NCBI GenBank assembly: GCA_964579045.1
Contig: CAZOHR010000001.1
Coordinates: 1-43,793 of the forward strand
Direction of reading: 5' to 3'
DNA length: 43,793 nt
Source of the DNA: an uncultured Bacteroidales bacterium
GTDB taxonomy: Bacteria; Bacteroidota; Bacteroidia; Bacteroidales; ML635J-15
Below are positions 16,897 through 27,500 of the stretch, piece after piece (the first letter of the stretch is position 1; the number at the start of each line of letters is the position of its first letter). The position numbers were made by a program, and so were the translations under genes. The notes below the pieces were generated by a model that was not told the DNA's origin, searched no databases, and was given only the letters and a program-made list of their open reading frames with translations.

Positions 16897-17391
16897 ATGA
16901 ACAACAAGAAGTTTTTATTAATATTATCATCAATTCTAATTATTTCAATAGCCAATTCCTGCACAATGAAAAAGAAAATCGGAACTGATATTACGAAAAT
17001 AGTATATTCTTTTGGAGATTCCTCTGTTCCACCAATGTATCACAGAAGTTATGTTATCACAGCAACTCCTGAGTCAATTAGTATTGTTGTTGATTCATAT
17101 GGAACTATTCTTGCAGATACTAGTTATACTTTCGACTCGGAAAGATTCGTAGCATTAACAAGTAAAATCAAAGAATTTAAGATTGAAAATGGGAAAGATG
17201 CTGAAGATAGCAAGGGCTGTACAGGTGGAACTACCAAGTCTGTTCAGGTATTCAAGGGTGAGGAAGAGATTATTAATGGCACAAATTACTATTGTGGTGG
17301 TGAAATATTTGGCAATCTAAAAGGCGATGCGGACTCTTTTGCCGACGAAATAAAAACGTTTATCCCAGACTTGGATAAATTGCGCAAATAA
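16897..17391 (+). CDS. small lipoprotein of unknown function
   Basis: 164 aa. Signal peptide with a lipobox-like SIANSC. No family recognised. Confidence 0.5.
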   Translation: MNNKKFLLILSSILIISIANSCTMKKKIGTDITKIVYSFGDSSVPPMYHRSYVITATPESISIVVDSYGTILADTSYTFDSERFVALTSKIKEFKIENGKDAEDSKGCTGGTTKSVQVFKGEEEIINGTNYYCGGEIFGNLKGDADSFADEIKTFIPDLDKLRK

Positions 17392-17497
17392 AAATATACA
17401 GAACCTTAATATTAAAAGCAGCCAAAATCAAAAAATTAGCGTCATAAAAATATTCTGTGCGAATTAATTGAGTAACTTTATGCACTTAAAATATTTT

Positions 17498-20400
17498 ATG
17501 AAAAATTACATATTTTTATTTCTATTTGTTTTATGTTTTGGTTTCTTTGCTAATGCCCAAATCAGCACTTTCCCTTGGAACGAAGATTTTGAATCTGCAG
17601 GTCTGCCATCGGGCTGGACTCAGGAGTATGTTAACGCGAGTGTAAATTGGCAAACTTATGCTGGGGGTACTTATGGAATGCCATCTTCTTCATATTCAGG
17701 CACAAAAAATGCGTTTTTCTCATCCGATAATTACGATGACAATCAAACGATTCTAATTAGTCCCCAACTTGATTTATCTTCTCTCACAAATCCGATTCTG
17801 AGTTTTTATCATGCCCAGATACCTTTTGACACAGATCAAGACGAACTTAGAATTTATTATAAAACATCTGCAAGCGGACCTTGGATTTTATTGCAGTCAT
17901 ACACTACCGCTGTGATGAGTTGGACTTTTCGTCAGATTATTTTGCCCGAAACGTCGAATGATTTTTATATTGGATTCAGTGCGAAATCGGGATATGGCCT
18001 AGGTGTTTGTGTCGACCTTGTAGAAGTGCAAAATGTTGAACCTTGCCTTGATCCAACAGCTATTTCTATATTGCAAGCTTCAGATTCGGGTGCAGTAATT
18101 GATTGGCTTGCTGGAAGTTCAGAATCAAACTGGCAGGTAGAGTATGGAGTTCAAGGCTTTACTCAGGGTGGAGGGACACTTGTCAATACAACCGAGTCCA
18201 CACACACATTCACATCTCTTTCTGCTAACGAAGATTATGATTTCTATGTGAGAGCATATTGTAATCCTTTGTATAGCGATTGGGTAGGCCCTTTCAGCTT
18301 CTCAACAATTTGTGCAATTGCTGATATCTTTCCATATAATGAGGGATTTGAAAACACAACAGCTCCTGTGCCATGCTGGAGTATGGAATATGCAAACCCT
18401 ACACCCAATAGCGGCAACTTAATGACCCACAGTAACTCCTTTGCTTTTGAAGGAGCTAGATCATTCAAATTTTGTAGCTATTACATTGGAGCACCTTATA
18501 ATCAATATCTTATTAGCCGTCAATTTGATTTTCCTCAAGAGATGCAAGTCAGTTTCAGATATAGAAAAAACACAAGTGGTACTGAAATTTTCTGTGTTGG
18601 AACTTCATCAACAACGGATGCAGTATCTTCTTTTACATGGGGCGAAAATGTCACAAATGCAAATTCAACTTGGAAATACTTCAGTTTAGAAATTCCAGCG
18701 AACACAAAATATATTGCAATTCAGTACAAATCTAATTTTCAAAATTCATTGTTTGTAGATGATCTGCAAATTAGAAATGCTACTAATTGTTATGAGCCTG
18801 TTGATGTTACTATTGGCACAGTAGGCTCTACTACGGCAGTAGTTGGATGGACTGCTGTAAATGGAGAAACAACATGGAAGCTAGAATACGGTACCGCTGG
18901 TTTTACACAAGGTTCTGGTACAATAATCAATACAGGCTTAAATCCATACACAATCACAGGTCTTAATTCCGAGACACAATACGATGTTTATGTAAAAGCT
19001 GATTGTGGTACTCCCGAAAGTATCTTTACAGAAAAAAAGAGCTTCACAACTTTGCCAGCTTGTTTGCCAGTGACGGGTTTTCAAGTTACTTCAAATACAA
19101 ATAGTAGTGTTAGTTTAAGCTGGAATACCAATGCCGCGGTTTTTTACGAAATAGAATACGGTGTAGATGGATTTATACAAGGTTCTGGAACTACAGTTTC
19201 GTCAATTGTTACAGGAACAAAAACGATTACTGGTCTTCTCGAAAACACCGCCTACGATTTTTATGTCCGCGCTTATTGCGGGGCTGCAAATGGTTTTTCG
19301 GATTGGAGCACAGCAGTAAGTTGCATCACATATCCTTGTGCTACAGGTTGTTTTTACACATTTACTCTTAACGATTATTGGGGCGATGGTTGGGGAAATG
19401 TTAGTCTTGGAATCTATCAGGATGGAGAATTAACAAATACACTTAAAATCGAATCAGGATATACTTTGGAAAGTCAAATCTACATATGTGATATTTCAAA
19501 TGTCGAAATCGTTTTAAATCAAGGAAGCTTTGCCGACGAATGCTCTTTCTACGTTTACACACCTTATGATGTATTTGTTTATTCTAGTGATTTTGAAACT
19601 TTAGGGTCTGTTCCTGACCAAACGGTACTAAATAGTTTTACTGGTGATTGTAGTGAACCAGATTGTTATCCGCCATCGAATACTTCCTATTCACAACTTT
19701 TGTATAGCTCATGCATGATAAGTTGGCAGGCTGGAAATGGTGAAACTTCATGGAATGTAGAATATGGTGCTGCTGGATTTTTACCAGGTTCGGGGACATT
19801 AATTTCTGGCGTTACTGAAACCACATATTTACTAAACAGCTTAACTCCTTCAATGGCTTATGATGTCTATATTTATGCAAATTGTGGCGTGTCTGGATTA
19901 AGCAATCCTGTTGGGCCCGTTTCTTTTACCACATCAGCAGCACCTATTGCATTAGATATTTGTGGGCTTAGTCTTAATATTCCAGATAATTCCTTCTCAA
20001 ATGCAAATTTTGAAGTTTCTGGTTTGGTACCATCAAGTCCTTTTACACATTTCAATCTAGAGTCAGTTTCATTTATAATTCAACATCCTTATGATGCGGA
20101 TTTAGAGTTGTTTCTTGAATCTCCCGAAGGCGTAACAGTTACTCTTATTCAAGATAATGGTGGAATTGGTGATAATTTTGGAGATGTTGGTGGTTCTTGT
20201 ACTTATAAAACTATATTGTCGCTTAATCCTGTTAATGGAAGTATTGCTTCTGGCACAGCTCCATTTAATGGAAATTACTCAGCAATCGGCGATTTGAACA
20301 ACTTCAATACAGGAGCAGATTTAAACGGGCTTTGGAAGCTCAAAATTGTTGATGATAATAATTTATATACAGGTAAGTTACAATACTTTAATCTCAGTTT

Positions 20401-21589
20401 TATTGAAACCAAAGCACTTTTTGCTGACGATGAAACATTTTTTGAAAATGTTACCAATGATGGAAGTATAAGTAATACTATCTCCCTTCAACTATACAAC
20501 GAAAGTTTTGCTACAATGGGTAATCTTGTCGAAAATACAGATTTTGAGGTTCTGAATTTGCCAAGCGGACTGTCTGTTCAGATAAATGTAACAGGAGCAG
20601 ATATGGCAGATATTAGTTTAGTCGGGAATGCAATTGATAATATGACTGACCTTAACAATTTAATTATAAGTTTAAAAAATGCTGCTTTTGTAGGGGGAGA
20701 TGCTAATGCTGTCGAAGGGTCGATTTTGAATTTTAACATAGATTACCTAACAGTCATAAACTTGACAAATAATTCTGTTTCCGAAACTGTTATTTGTGCT
20801 AATGAAACATATCCAGTTTTTGTTGATTATTCTTTTACCAATAATAGTGAAACTACTCTGGAAATCGGCACCGAAATATCGCTAGATGTTGAATCTCCTG
20901 TAGGTTCATTAGCTTTTACTGAGGTAATTACTCTACAAGAAGTTTTGGCAATCGGTGAAAATGTGTTGGGTGAATGCACTACACCTTTGTATTTTGATAT
21001 TCAAGGGGAACATACTGTTTCTACAGAAGTCAATATCGCCAATGATGTTAATTCTGCAGATAATGAAATTATGGTTTTATTTGAGGCAGTTACTCACCAT
21101 AGCGAATTTCCACAATCTGTAAATGACACTATATATGTTGACGCCTTCCCATTTGGTATATATGCAACTGCAGTATTCGAGCCAGTTGAGTATACTCAAG
21201 TTTTGTATTATTTCTGGAATGGAGAGTCTGGATCTGCCTCGTATGATGTTTTCGCTGAAGGATGGGTCTATCTAAATACAGAATCAAATTACTGTAATGT
21301 GATGGATTCAATTTATATTGCACTAGGCACTTCGATACCAACTGAATCGAAAACCGAGTTCAGTATTTATCCCAATCCTGCCAATGATGTTATTATTATT
21401 AATTCATCAAATATTGACGCACAACGAATATTTATTTGTGGTGTAGATGGCAGAATTTATATTGAGTCAAATATAACTGAGCAGAATAATACATTTGAAT
21501 TATCTGTATCTCAGCTATCTCCTGGATTATATTTTGTAATTGTCGAAAGCAATACAGGAAGTTATAAAAAGAACTTTATTAAAATGTAA
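17498..21589 (+). CDS. large T9SS type-A cargo: choice-of-anchor-J/MAM-like modules, four Fn3-like modules, orphan proprotein-convertase P domain, type-A sorting domain
   Basis: The ORF-track start at 17468 is a TTG. In-frame ATGs are at 17480 (MHLKYF) and 17498 (MKNYIFLFLFVLCFGFFANAQ, a clean signal peptide). FPWNEDFESAGLPSGW is recognised as a choice-of-anchor-J-type motif, and PYNEGFENTTAPVPCW is its counterpart at the second module. Four Fn3-like units share W-x-x-EYG-x-x-GF-x-x-GSGT...Y(D)FYVRAYC (nt ~18044-18310, 18788-19060, 19061-19330, 19663-19940). P domain at nt ~19961-20405 (VSFIIQHPYDADLELFLESPEGVTVTL...NGLWKLKIVDDNNLYTGKLQYFNLSF). C-terminal FSIYPNPANDVIIIN...GLYFVIVES is the CTD. 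Confidence 0.8.
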   Translation: MKNYIFLFLFVLCFGFFANAQISTFPWNEDFESAGLPSGWTQEYVNASVNWQTYAGGTYGMPSSSYSGTKNAFFSSDNYDDNQTILISPQLDLSSLTNPILSFYHAQIPFDTDQDELRIYYKTSASGPWILLQSYTTAVMSWTFRQIILPETSNDFYIGFSAKSGYGLGVCVDLVEVQNVEPCLDPTAISILQASDSGAVIDWLAGSSESNWQVEYGVQGFTQGGGTLVNTTESTHTFTSLSANEDYDFYVRAYCNPLYSDWVGPFSFSTICAIADIFPYNEGFENTTAPVPCWSMEYANPTPNSGNLMTHSNSFAFEGARSFKFCSYYIGAPYNQYLISRQFDFPQEMQVSFRYRKNTSGTEIFCVGTSSTTDAVSSFTWGENVTNANSTWKYFSLEIPANTKYIAIQYKSNFQNSLFVDDLQIRNATNCYEPVDVTIGTVGSTTAVVGWTAVNGETTWKLEYGTAGFTQGSGTIINTGLNPYTITGLNSETQYDVYVKADCGTPESIFTEKKSFTTLPACLPVTGFQVTSNTNSSVSLSWNTNAAVFYEIEYGVDGFIQGSGTTVSSIVTGTKTITGLLENTAYDFYVRAYCGAANGFSDWSTAVSCITYPCATGCFYTFTLNDYWGDGWGNVSLGIYQDGELTNTLKIESGYTLESQIYICDISNVEIVLNQGSFADECSFYVYTPYDVFVYSSDFETLGSVPDQTVLNSFTGDCSEPDCYPPSNTSYSQLLYSSCMISWQAGNGETSWNVEYGAAGFLPGSGTLISGVTETTYLLNSLTPSMAYDVYIYANCGVSGLSNPVGPVSFTTSAAPIALDICGLSLNIPDNSFSNANFEVSGLVPSSPFTHFNLESVSFIIQHPYDADLELFLESPEGVTVTLIQDNGGIGDNFGDVGGSCTYKTILSLNPVNGSIASGTAPFNGNYSAIGDLNNFNTGADLNGLWKLKIVDDNNLYTGKLQYFNLSFIETKALFADDETFFENVTNDGSISNTISLQLYNESFATMGNLVENTDFEVLNLPSGLSVQINVTGADMADISLVGNAIDNMTDLNNLIISLKNAAFVGGDANAVEGSILNFNIDYLTVINLTNNSVSETVICANETYPVFVDYSFTNNSETTLEIGTEISLDVESPVGSLAFTEVITLQEVLAIGENVLGECTTPLYFDIQGEHTVSTEVNIANDVNSADNEIMVLFEAVTHHSEFPQSVNDTIYVDAFPFGIYATAVFEPVEYTQVLYYFWNGESGSASYDVFAEGWVYLNTESNYCNVMDSIYIALGTSIPTESKTEFSIYPNPANDVIIINSSNIDAQRIFICGVDGRIYIESNITEQNNTFELSVSQLSPGLYFVIVESNTGSYKKNFIKM

Positions 21590-24500
21590 TGAATAAGCTA
21601 TACCGAAACATCATAATTTACATATTACTTGTTTTTTCAATTACAGGTTATTCTCAAAGTATCGAGATTAGTAAAGACTACAATAGCCCTACGCCTTTCG
21701 TGTATAATTCTGCTGATGACTTCTATTTTGTCTCCATGCTCGGAGGCAATTGCCAACCGATTTCTATTCCCAGTTGTACGCGACTATATAATTCAAACAA
21801 TAGCTTTTTTCAATTTACAGCAAATGATGGGGGAAATTTTAAACTTGAGTGTGATTTTCGTGATTCTGTAGCTGGTGGCATTAGTTTCTTTGTTCAGAAG
21901 AATGGTGTTTTAAAAGAATTATATTGCACAGATTTTAATACCAATTTGCTGTTGGTAAAGTATATAAACAGCAATATTGCTGGAGAGACAATAATTGCAC
22001 AAGTTTGGTTTCATCAAACAGAAGTGGATTATGGTGCACACCTTAAAATTACCGATTTTGCAGGCTATGGAAATACAAAAGTTCCAGATATTGATATCAC
22101 CACTTATACTCCAGAGCAGCTTGTCAACGATGTCTTGATTTCTGGTTGTGTAGAAGCATTAAATATTACTTATCAGGGTGATGATCAAAGTATTGGATAT
22201 TTCGAAAATGGAGTTCCTGGACTTAGTTTTACAAAAGGAATTGTAATGAGTTCGGGTAGGGTAACAAATGTGCCTGGTCCAAATGATTCTGGTTCCGAAG
22301 GCTCAAATATGCACGAGCCGGGAGACAACGATCTGGAAGCTATTATTGGTGGAATGGATACTCACGATGCTGCTGTTCTTGAATTTGATTTTATCCCAGC
22401 TAGTAATGTTGTTAGTTTTGAGTATGTTTTCGGTTCAGAAGAGTATGAAGAATTTGTAGGACAAGGCTTTAATGATGTGTTTGGGTTTTTTGTTAGTGGT
22501 GGCCCAGAAGCATACACAAATGTAAACATAGCAAGAATTCCCGTTGTTGGTGTTCCAGTTAGCATTAATAACGTAAATCAGACAGATAATTCGGCGTATT
22601 ATGTAAATAACGATGGTGGCGTTCATCTCCAATTTGATGGAATGACAGTAACCTTAACTGCCGAATTAAATGTTACGCAATGCCAAACTTATCATATGAA
22701 ACTTGCGGTTGCTGATGTTGGTGACGGCATATATGACTCGGGCGTTTTTCTTAAAGCAGGGAGTTTTAATTCAGGTGCAAGTGTGGAGCTGCGAAATTAT
22801 AATGCATGGGGTCTCGAAGGCTTTGTGCACGAGGGCTGCACCAACGATATCATCTTTGCTAGATCAGATTTATCTAATCTTAGTGATCCGATGTCTGTGC
22901 TGATTTCTATTGATGGTACTGCAATAAATGGCACTGATTATACAACGATAAATACCAACTACACTATTCCTGGAGGGATCGAATTTATTACGACAGACCT
23001 TGAAGCGCTTGTTGATGGAATTACAGAAGGCCCCGAAACAGTAATAATTACAGTTTACAATGGATGTCCTTGTAGTGTACAAACCGCATCCGACACAATT
23101 ATTATTCTTGACCAAATAGTATTCACTCCAACTTTAACAAACAATGGACCGGCTTGTCCTGGCGATTCTGTTCTTTTAAGTATTAGCTATCTGCCAGTAC
23201 CCGACACTTGTCGTGTGGAGTGGAGTAATGGGGTTATCGGACCTTCACAAATTTGGGTTACGCCCGTAGCAACAACAACTTATACTGCAAATATATATTA
23301 TCCATGTAGTGTAAAAACTGTATCTACAACAGTTGTCGTTAACGTAGCACCAAATGCAACGGCTTCAAATGATGGCCCTTATTGTGTAGGCGATCCTATT
23401 CATTTGTTTTCATCTGGTGGGGCAACTTATCGTTGGCGAGGACCTAGTTCATATCTTAGCTTGCAACAAAATCCTACAATTAATAGCTCTCAATTGTTGA
23501 ATGGTGGTACCTATCAAGTTACTGTTACTGGGGCGAATGGTTGTAAATCGATTGCCTCAACCTTTGTAGAAGTATATCCTTTACCAGTTGTTGATTTAAG
23601 TGCCAATACTCCGTTTTGTTCAGGCGACCCAATAAGCTTTATAATTGATACTTTCCCCGATTATTTTTACTACGGTCCAAATTCATGGAGTTCTGTTGAC
23701 AGTTTTCCAATCATTAGTAATGTAGACGAAACAAATGAAGGTTGGTATTATGTAATTATTACCGACACAAATATGTGTCGTGATATTGATTCTGTTTTTA
23801 TTGAAGTTAATCCTACACCTGTTGCTAACGCGTGGACAAATTCACCGATATGCGAAGGAGGTCTTTTGCAATTATTTTCTGATGGTGGTCCTGATTACTC
23901 ATGGACAGGGCCTGACGGTTTTACTTCGACAGATCAAAATCCATTTATAAATCCTGCTCTTCCAGTAAATTCGGGAGACTATACAGTGACAGTAAGAAAT
24001 ATTTATAATTGTTCTGATACTTTCACCGTAAGTTATACGGTTTACCCTACGCCAGATGCAAGTTTTACAAACCCTGGTCCACTATGTATTAACACCCCAA
24101 ATATTACACTTAGTCCAGTAAATTCAGGTGGCACTTGGAGTGGCACTGGAATTATAAATGCAGTTACTGGGGTTTTTAGTCCTGCAACTGCTGGTGCTGG
24201 AACACATATAGTTTCGTATTCTCTTATTCAGAACGGGTGTGTTGGTTCATTTTCCAATTCTATTGTTATTGATGCAATGCCTGTAATCAATATTAGTCCA
24301 GCAGGTCCATTCTGTGTATCCGATGCTGCTGTTAATCTCTCTGCTACAGACTTAGGTGGAACATGGAGTGGTACTGGAATTACTGATGCCATCTCTGGAA
24401 CTTTTGATCCAAATGTTGCTGGAACAGGAACTCATACCATAACTTATACTCTTACAAACGGTACATGTACTGATGCAAATAATATTTCGATTGTTGTTAA

Positions 24501-27500
24501 TTCAGTTGTTGATGCTACAATAAACCCATCTGGTCCATTTTGCGAAACGGATGCTTCTGTAAATATGACTGCAGCAATGCCATTAGGCACATGGTCTGGT
24601 ACTGGGATTACAGATGCTGCTACTGGAACGTTTGATCCTACTGTTGCAAATCCTGGTATACATACTATTTCTTATAGCCTTACAAACGGAGGTTGTAGTG
24701 ACACTGATACAGAGCTAGTTACGGTTTATTTATATCCTAATTCTGATTGGGGCATTATAGGTCCTTTCTGTGAGACTGATGCATCGGTAAATATCCTACC
24801 AGTTACTGTAGGTGGTTCTTTTTCTGGAACAGGAATTACAAATGCAGCAGCAGGAACTTTTGACCCTTCTATTGCTGGAGCTGGCACGCACATAATTACT
24901 TACACTGTAGTAAATGGCGCCTGTACTTCAGTTACGACAAAATCAATTATTGTTTTCGAGAGCGTTGATGCCACAATTAGTCCTTCTGGTCCTTTTTGCG
25001 AAACAGATCCTGCAGTAATTCTTACAGCTGCTGATGCTGGTGGAACATGGAGCGGTACAGGCATTGTAAATGTTATAACAGGAGCATTCGATCCTGCCCT
25101 TGCAGGACCTGGTGTGCATACCATAACCTATAATATTGCCAATGGTACTTGCAACGATACTGATAGCGAACTTTTAACTGTTTACTCTAATCCCAATGCA
25201 GACTTTGCTATCGCTGGTCCATTTTGTGAAAACGATGCCGCTATTAACCTTGTTTCTGTAAATCCAGGCGGAACATGGACTGGAACTGGTATAACTAACG
25301 CTGTAAATGGCACATTTAACCCAGCTGTGGCTGGTCCGGGAGTTCATAGTATTACTTACACTATCGTTAATGTAGAATGCACTGATTTTGTAGTGAGAAC
25401 AATTACAGTTAACACTGCTGTTGATGCCACCATTACGGCTGGCGGTCCATATTGTCAAAATCAGGCTGCGATTAATTTGACTGCAGCAGATCCTGGTGGA
25501 GCATGGAGTGGCACAGGAATTACAAATCCAACTACTGGGAATTTTAATCCAGCAATTGCTGGTCCAGGAATTCATACAATTACATATTCAATTGCTAACG
25601 GAGCTTGTTCCGACACTGATACCGAAATATTTGTAGTGAATCTATATCCAAATTCTGCAATCACCCCAGCTGGGCCTTTTTGCCAAGCTGCTGCTGCGGT
25701 AAATCTTGTTGCTGCCTCTGCTGGTGGAACATGGAGTGGAACAGGCATCACTAGTTCGGCGCTGGGAACATTTAATCCTGCTGTGGCTGGTAGTGGAAAT
25801 CATACAATTTCATACACAGTTATTAATGGGGCCTGCACATCTGTTAGCAGTACTGTTATTCATGTTGATGCTTCTGTAAACGCAACAATAACTCCAGTAC
25901 CCGCAGTTTGTGTCTTTAATCCTGCATTTAATCTTACTGCCGTAAGTTCAGGTGGAACTTGGAGTGGAACAGGGATTACCAATTCTACAAACGGTACTTT
26001 TGATCCTACCATTGCCGGTGCTGGAATTCATATCATTACTTATTCTGTAACAAACGGTACTTGTTCTGATACTGATACAGAAAATATTAATGTTTCTGCA
26101 AACCCTAATCCAACAATAATTGCTGCAGGTCCATTTTGCTCAACAGCAGCAGCACTTAATTTAACGGCCGCTACAGCAGGCGGAACTTGGAGCGGAGTAG
26201 GAATTACAAATGCAGCTCTTGGTACTTTTGATCCAAGCATTGCTGGGAGTGGAAATCATACAATTACTTATCAGATTACTCTTGGAGCTTGTTCTAATTC
26301 AGATACCGAAGTAATTCATGTAGATGCAAATGTAAATGCTACAATTACTCCTGCTGGTCCGTTCTGTCAGTTCGACCCTGCGGTTAATCTAACAGCGGTG
26401 TCGCCAGGAGGAACATGGGGCGGTTCTGGTATCACTAATACTAGTACTGGAAATTTCAGCCCGAGTGTTGCAGGAATTGGTTCACATAATATCACATACA
26501 GTGTAGTTAATGGTTTGTGTAGCGATTCCGATAATATTAATATTATTGTAAACGTCGCTCCAGATGGAACAATTACAGATCCTGGAGTATTTTGTGTTAC
26601 AGATGGACCAGTTCTGCTCACTGCCGCAACTGCTGGTGGAACATGGGCTGGAACAGGAATCATAAATCCTGTTCTAGGAACTTTCGACCCATCTGTTGCA
26701 AATATCGGCGCTAATAATATAACATACACAATAAGTAACGCATTTTGTACTACAGTGGCAAGCATACAGATTTTTGTTTACAATAATGTTGTTGATGGAA
26801 CAATTACAAGTACTGGTCCTTATTGTGTAAGTTCTAGCGAGTTAATTCTAACAGCTGTTTCTGCTGGTGGTACTTGGTCTGGTACGGGAGTTACAAATCC
26901 TGCCACAGGAGCTTTTAATCCTGGAATAGCCGGACCTGGAAATCATCTGATAACATATAATGTGGGAAGTGTTGCTTGCTTTGATTCCGACACACAACTA
27001 ATACATGTTGACGATACTTTAAGCGCAGTTATTACTTCCGTGGGTCCGGTTTGTGAAACATCGCCAGCATTTAATCTGACCGCTGCAACTGCTGGTGGAA
27101 CTTGGTCAGGTGTTGGGATTACAAATTCTGCGCTTGGCACATTTAATCCTGTTGTTGCTGGTGGCGGAAATTATTTAGTCACATACAGTATTAACAACGG
27201 AGTCTGCACCAATACAGACACTTTTACAGTACAAGTTAGCAATGATGTTGATGCGACTATTACACCTGCTGGTCCATTTTGTAATAATGAGGTTATTCAG
27301 ACACTTGTGGCAGTTAGCCCTGGTGGTACTTGGAGTGGTACTGGGATTGTTAATTCTGTGAATGGATTGTTTCACCCTGTTGTTGCTGGTGGTGGAGATC
27401 ATACTATTACATATTCTGTTGTTAATGGTGCGTGTTCTGATTCAGATACAGAAACCATTCATGTTGATGCATATCCAAATACTACAATATTGGCTGCTGG

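Noticed and set aside
17468-17497. The TTG start at 17468 and the ATG at 17480 for the ~1365-aa cargo gene.
   Set aside because: The signal peptide reads cleanly from the ATG at 17498 (MKNYIFLFLFVLCFGFFANAQ), and a near-consensus TAACTTTA box ends at 17480. The 17480 start cannot be excluded.
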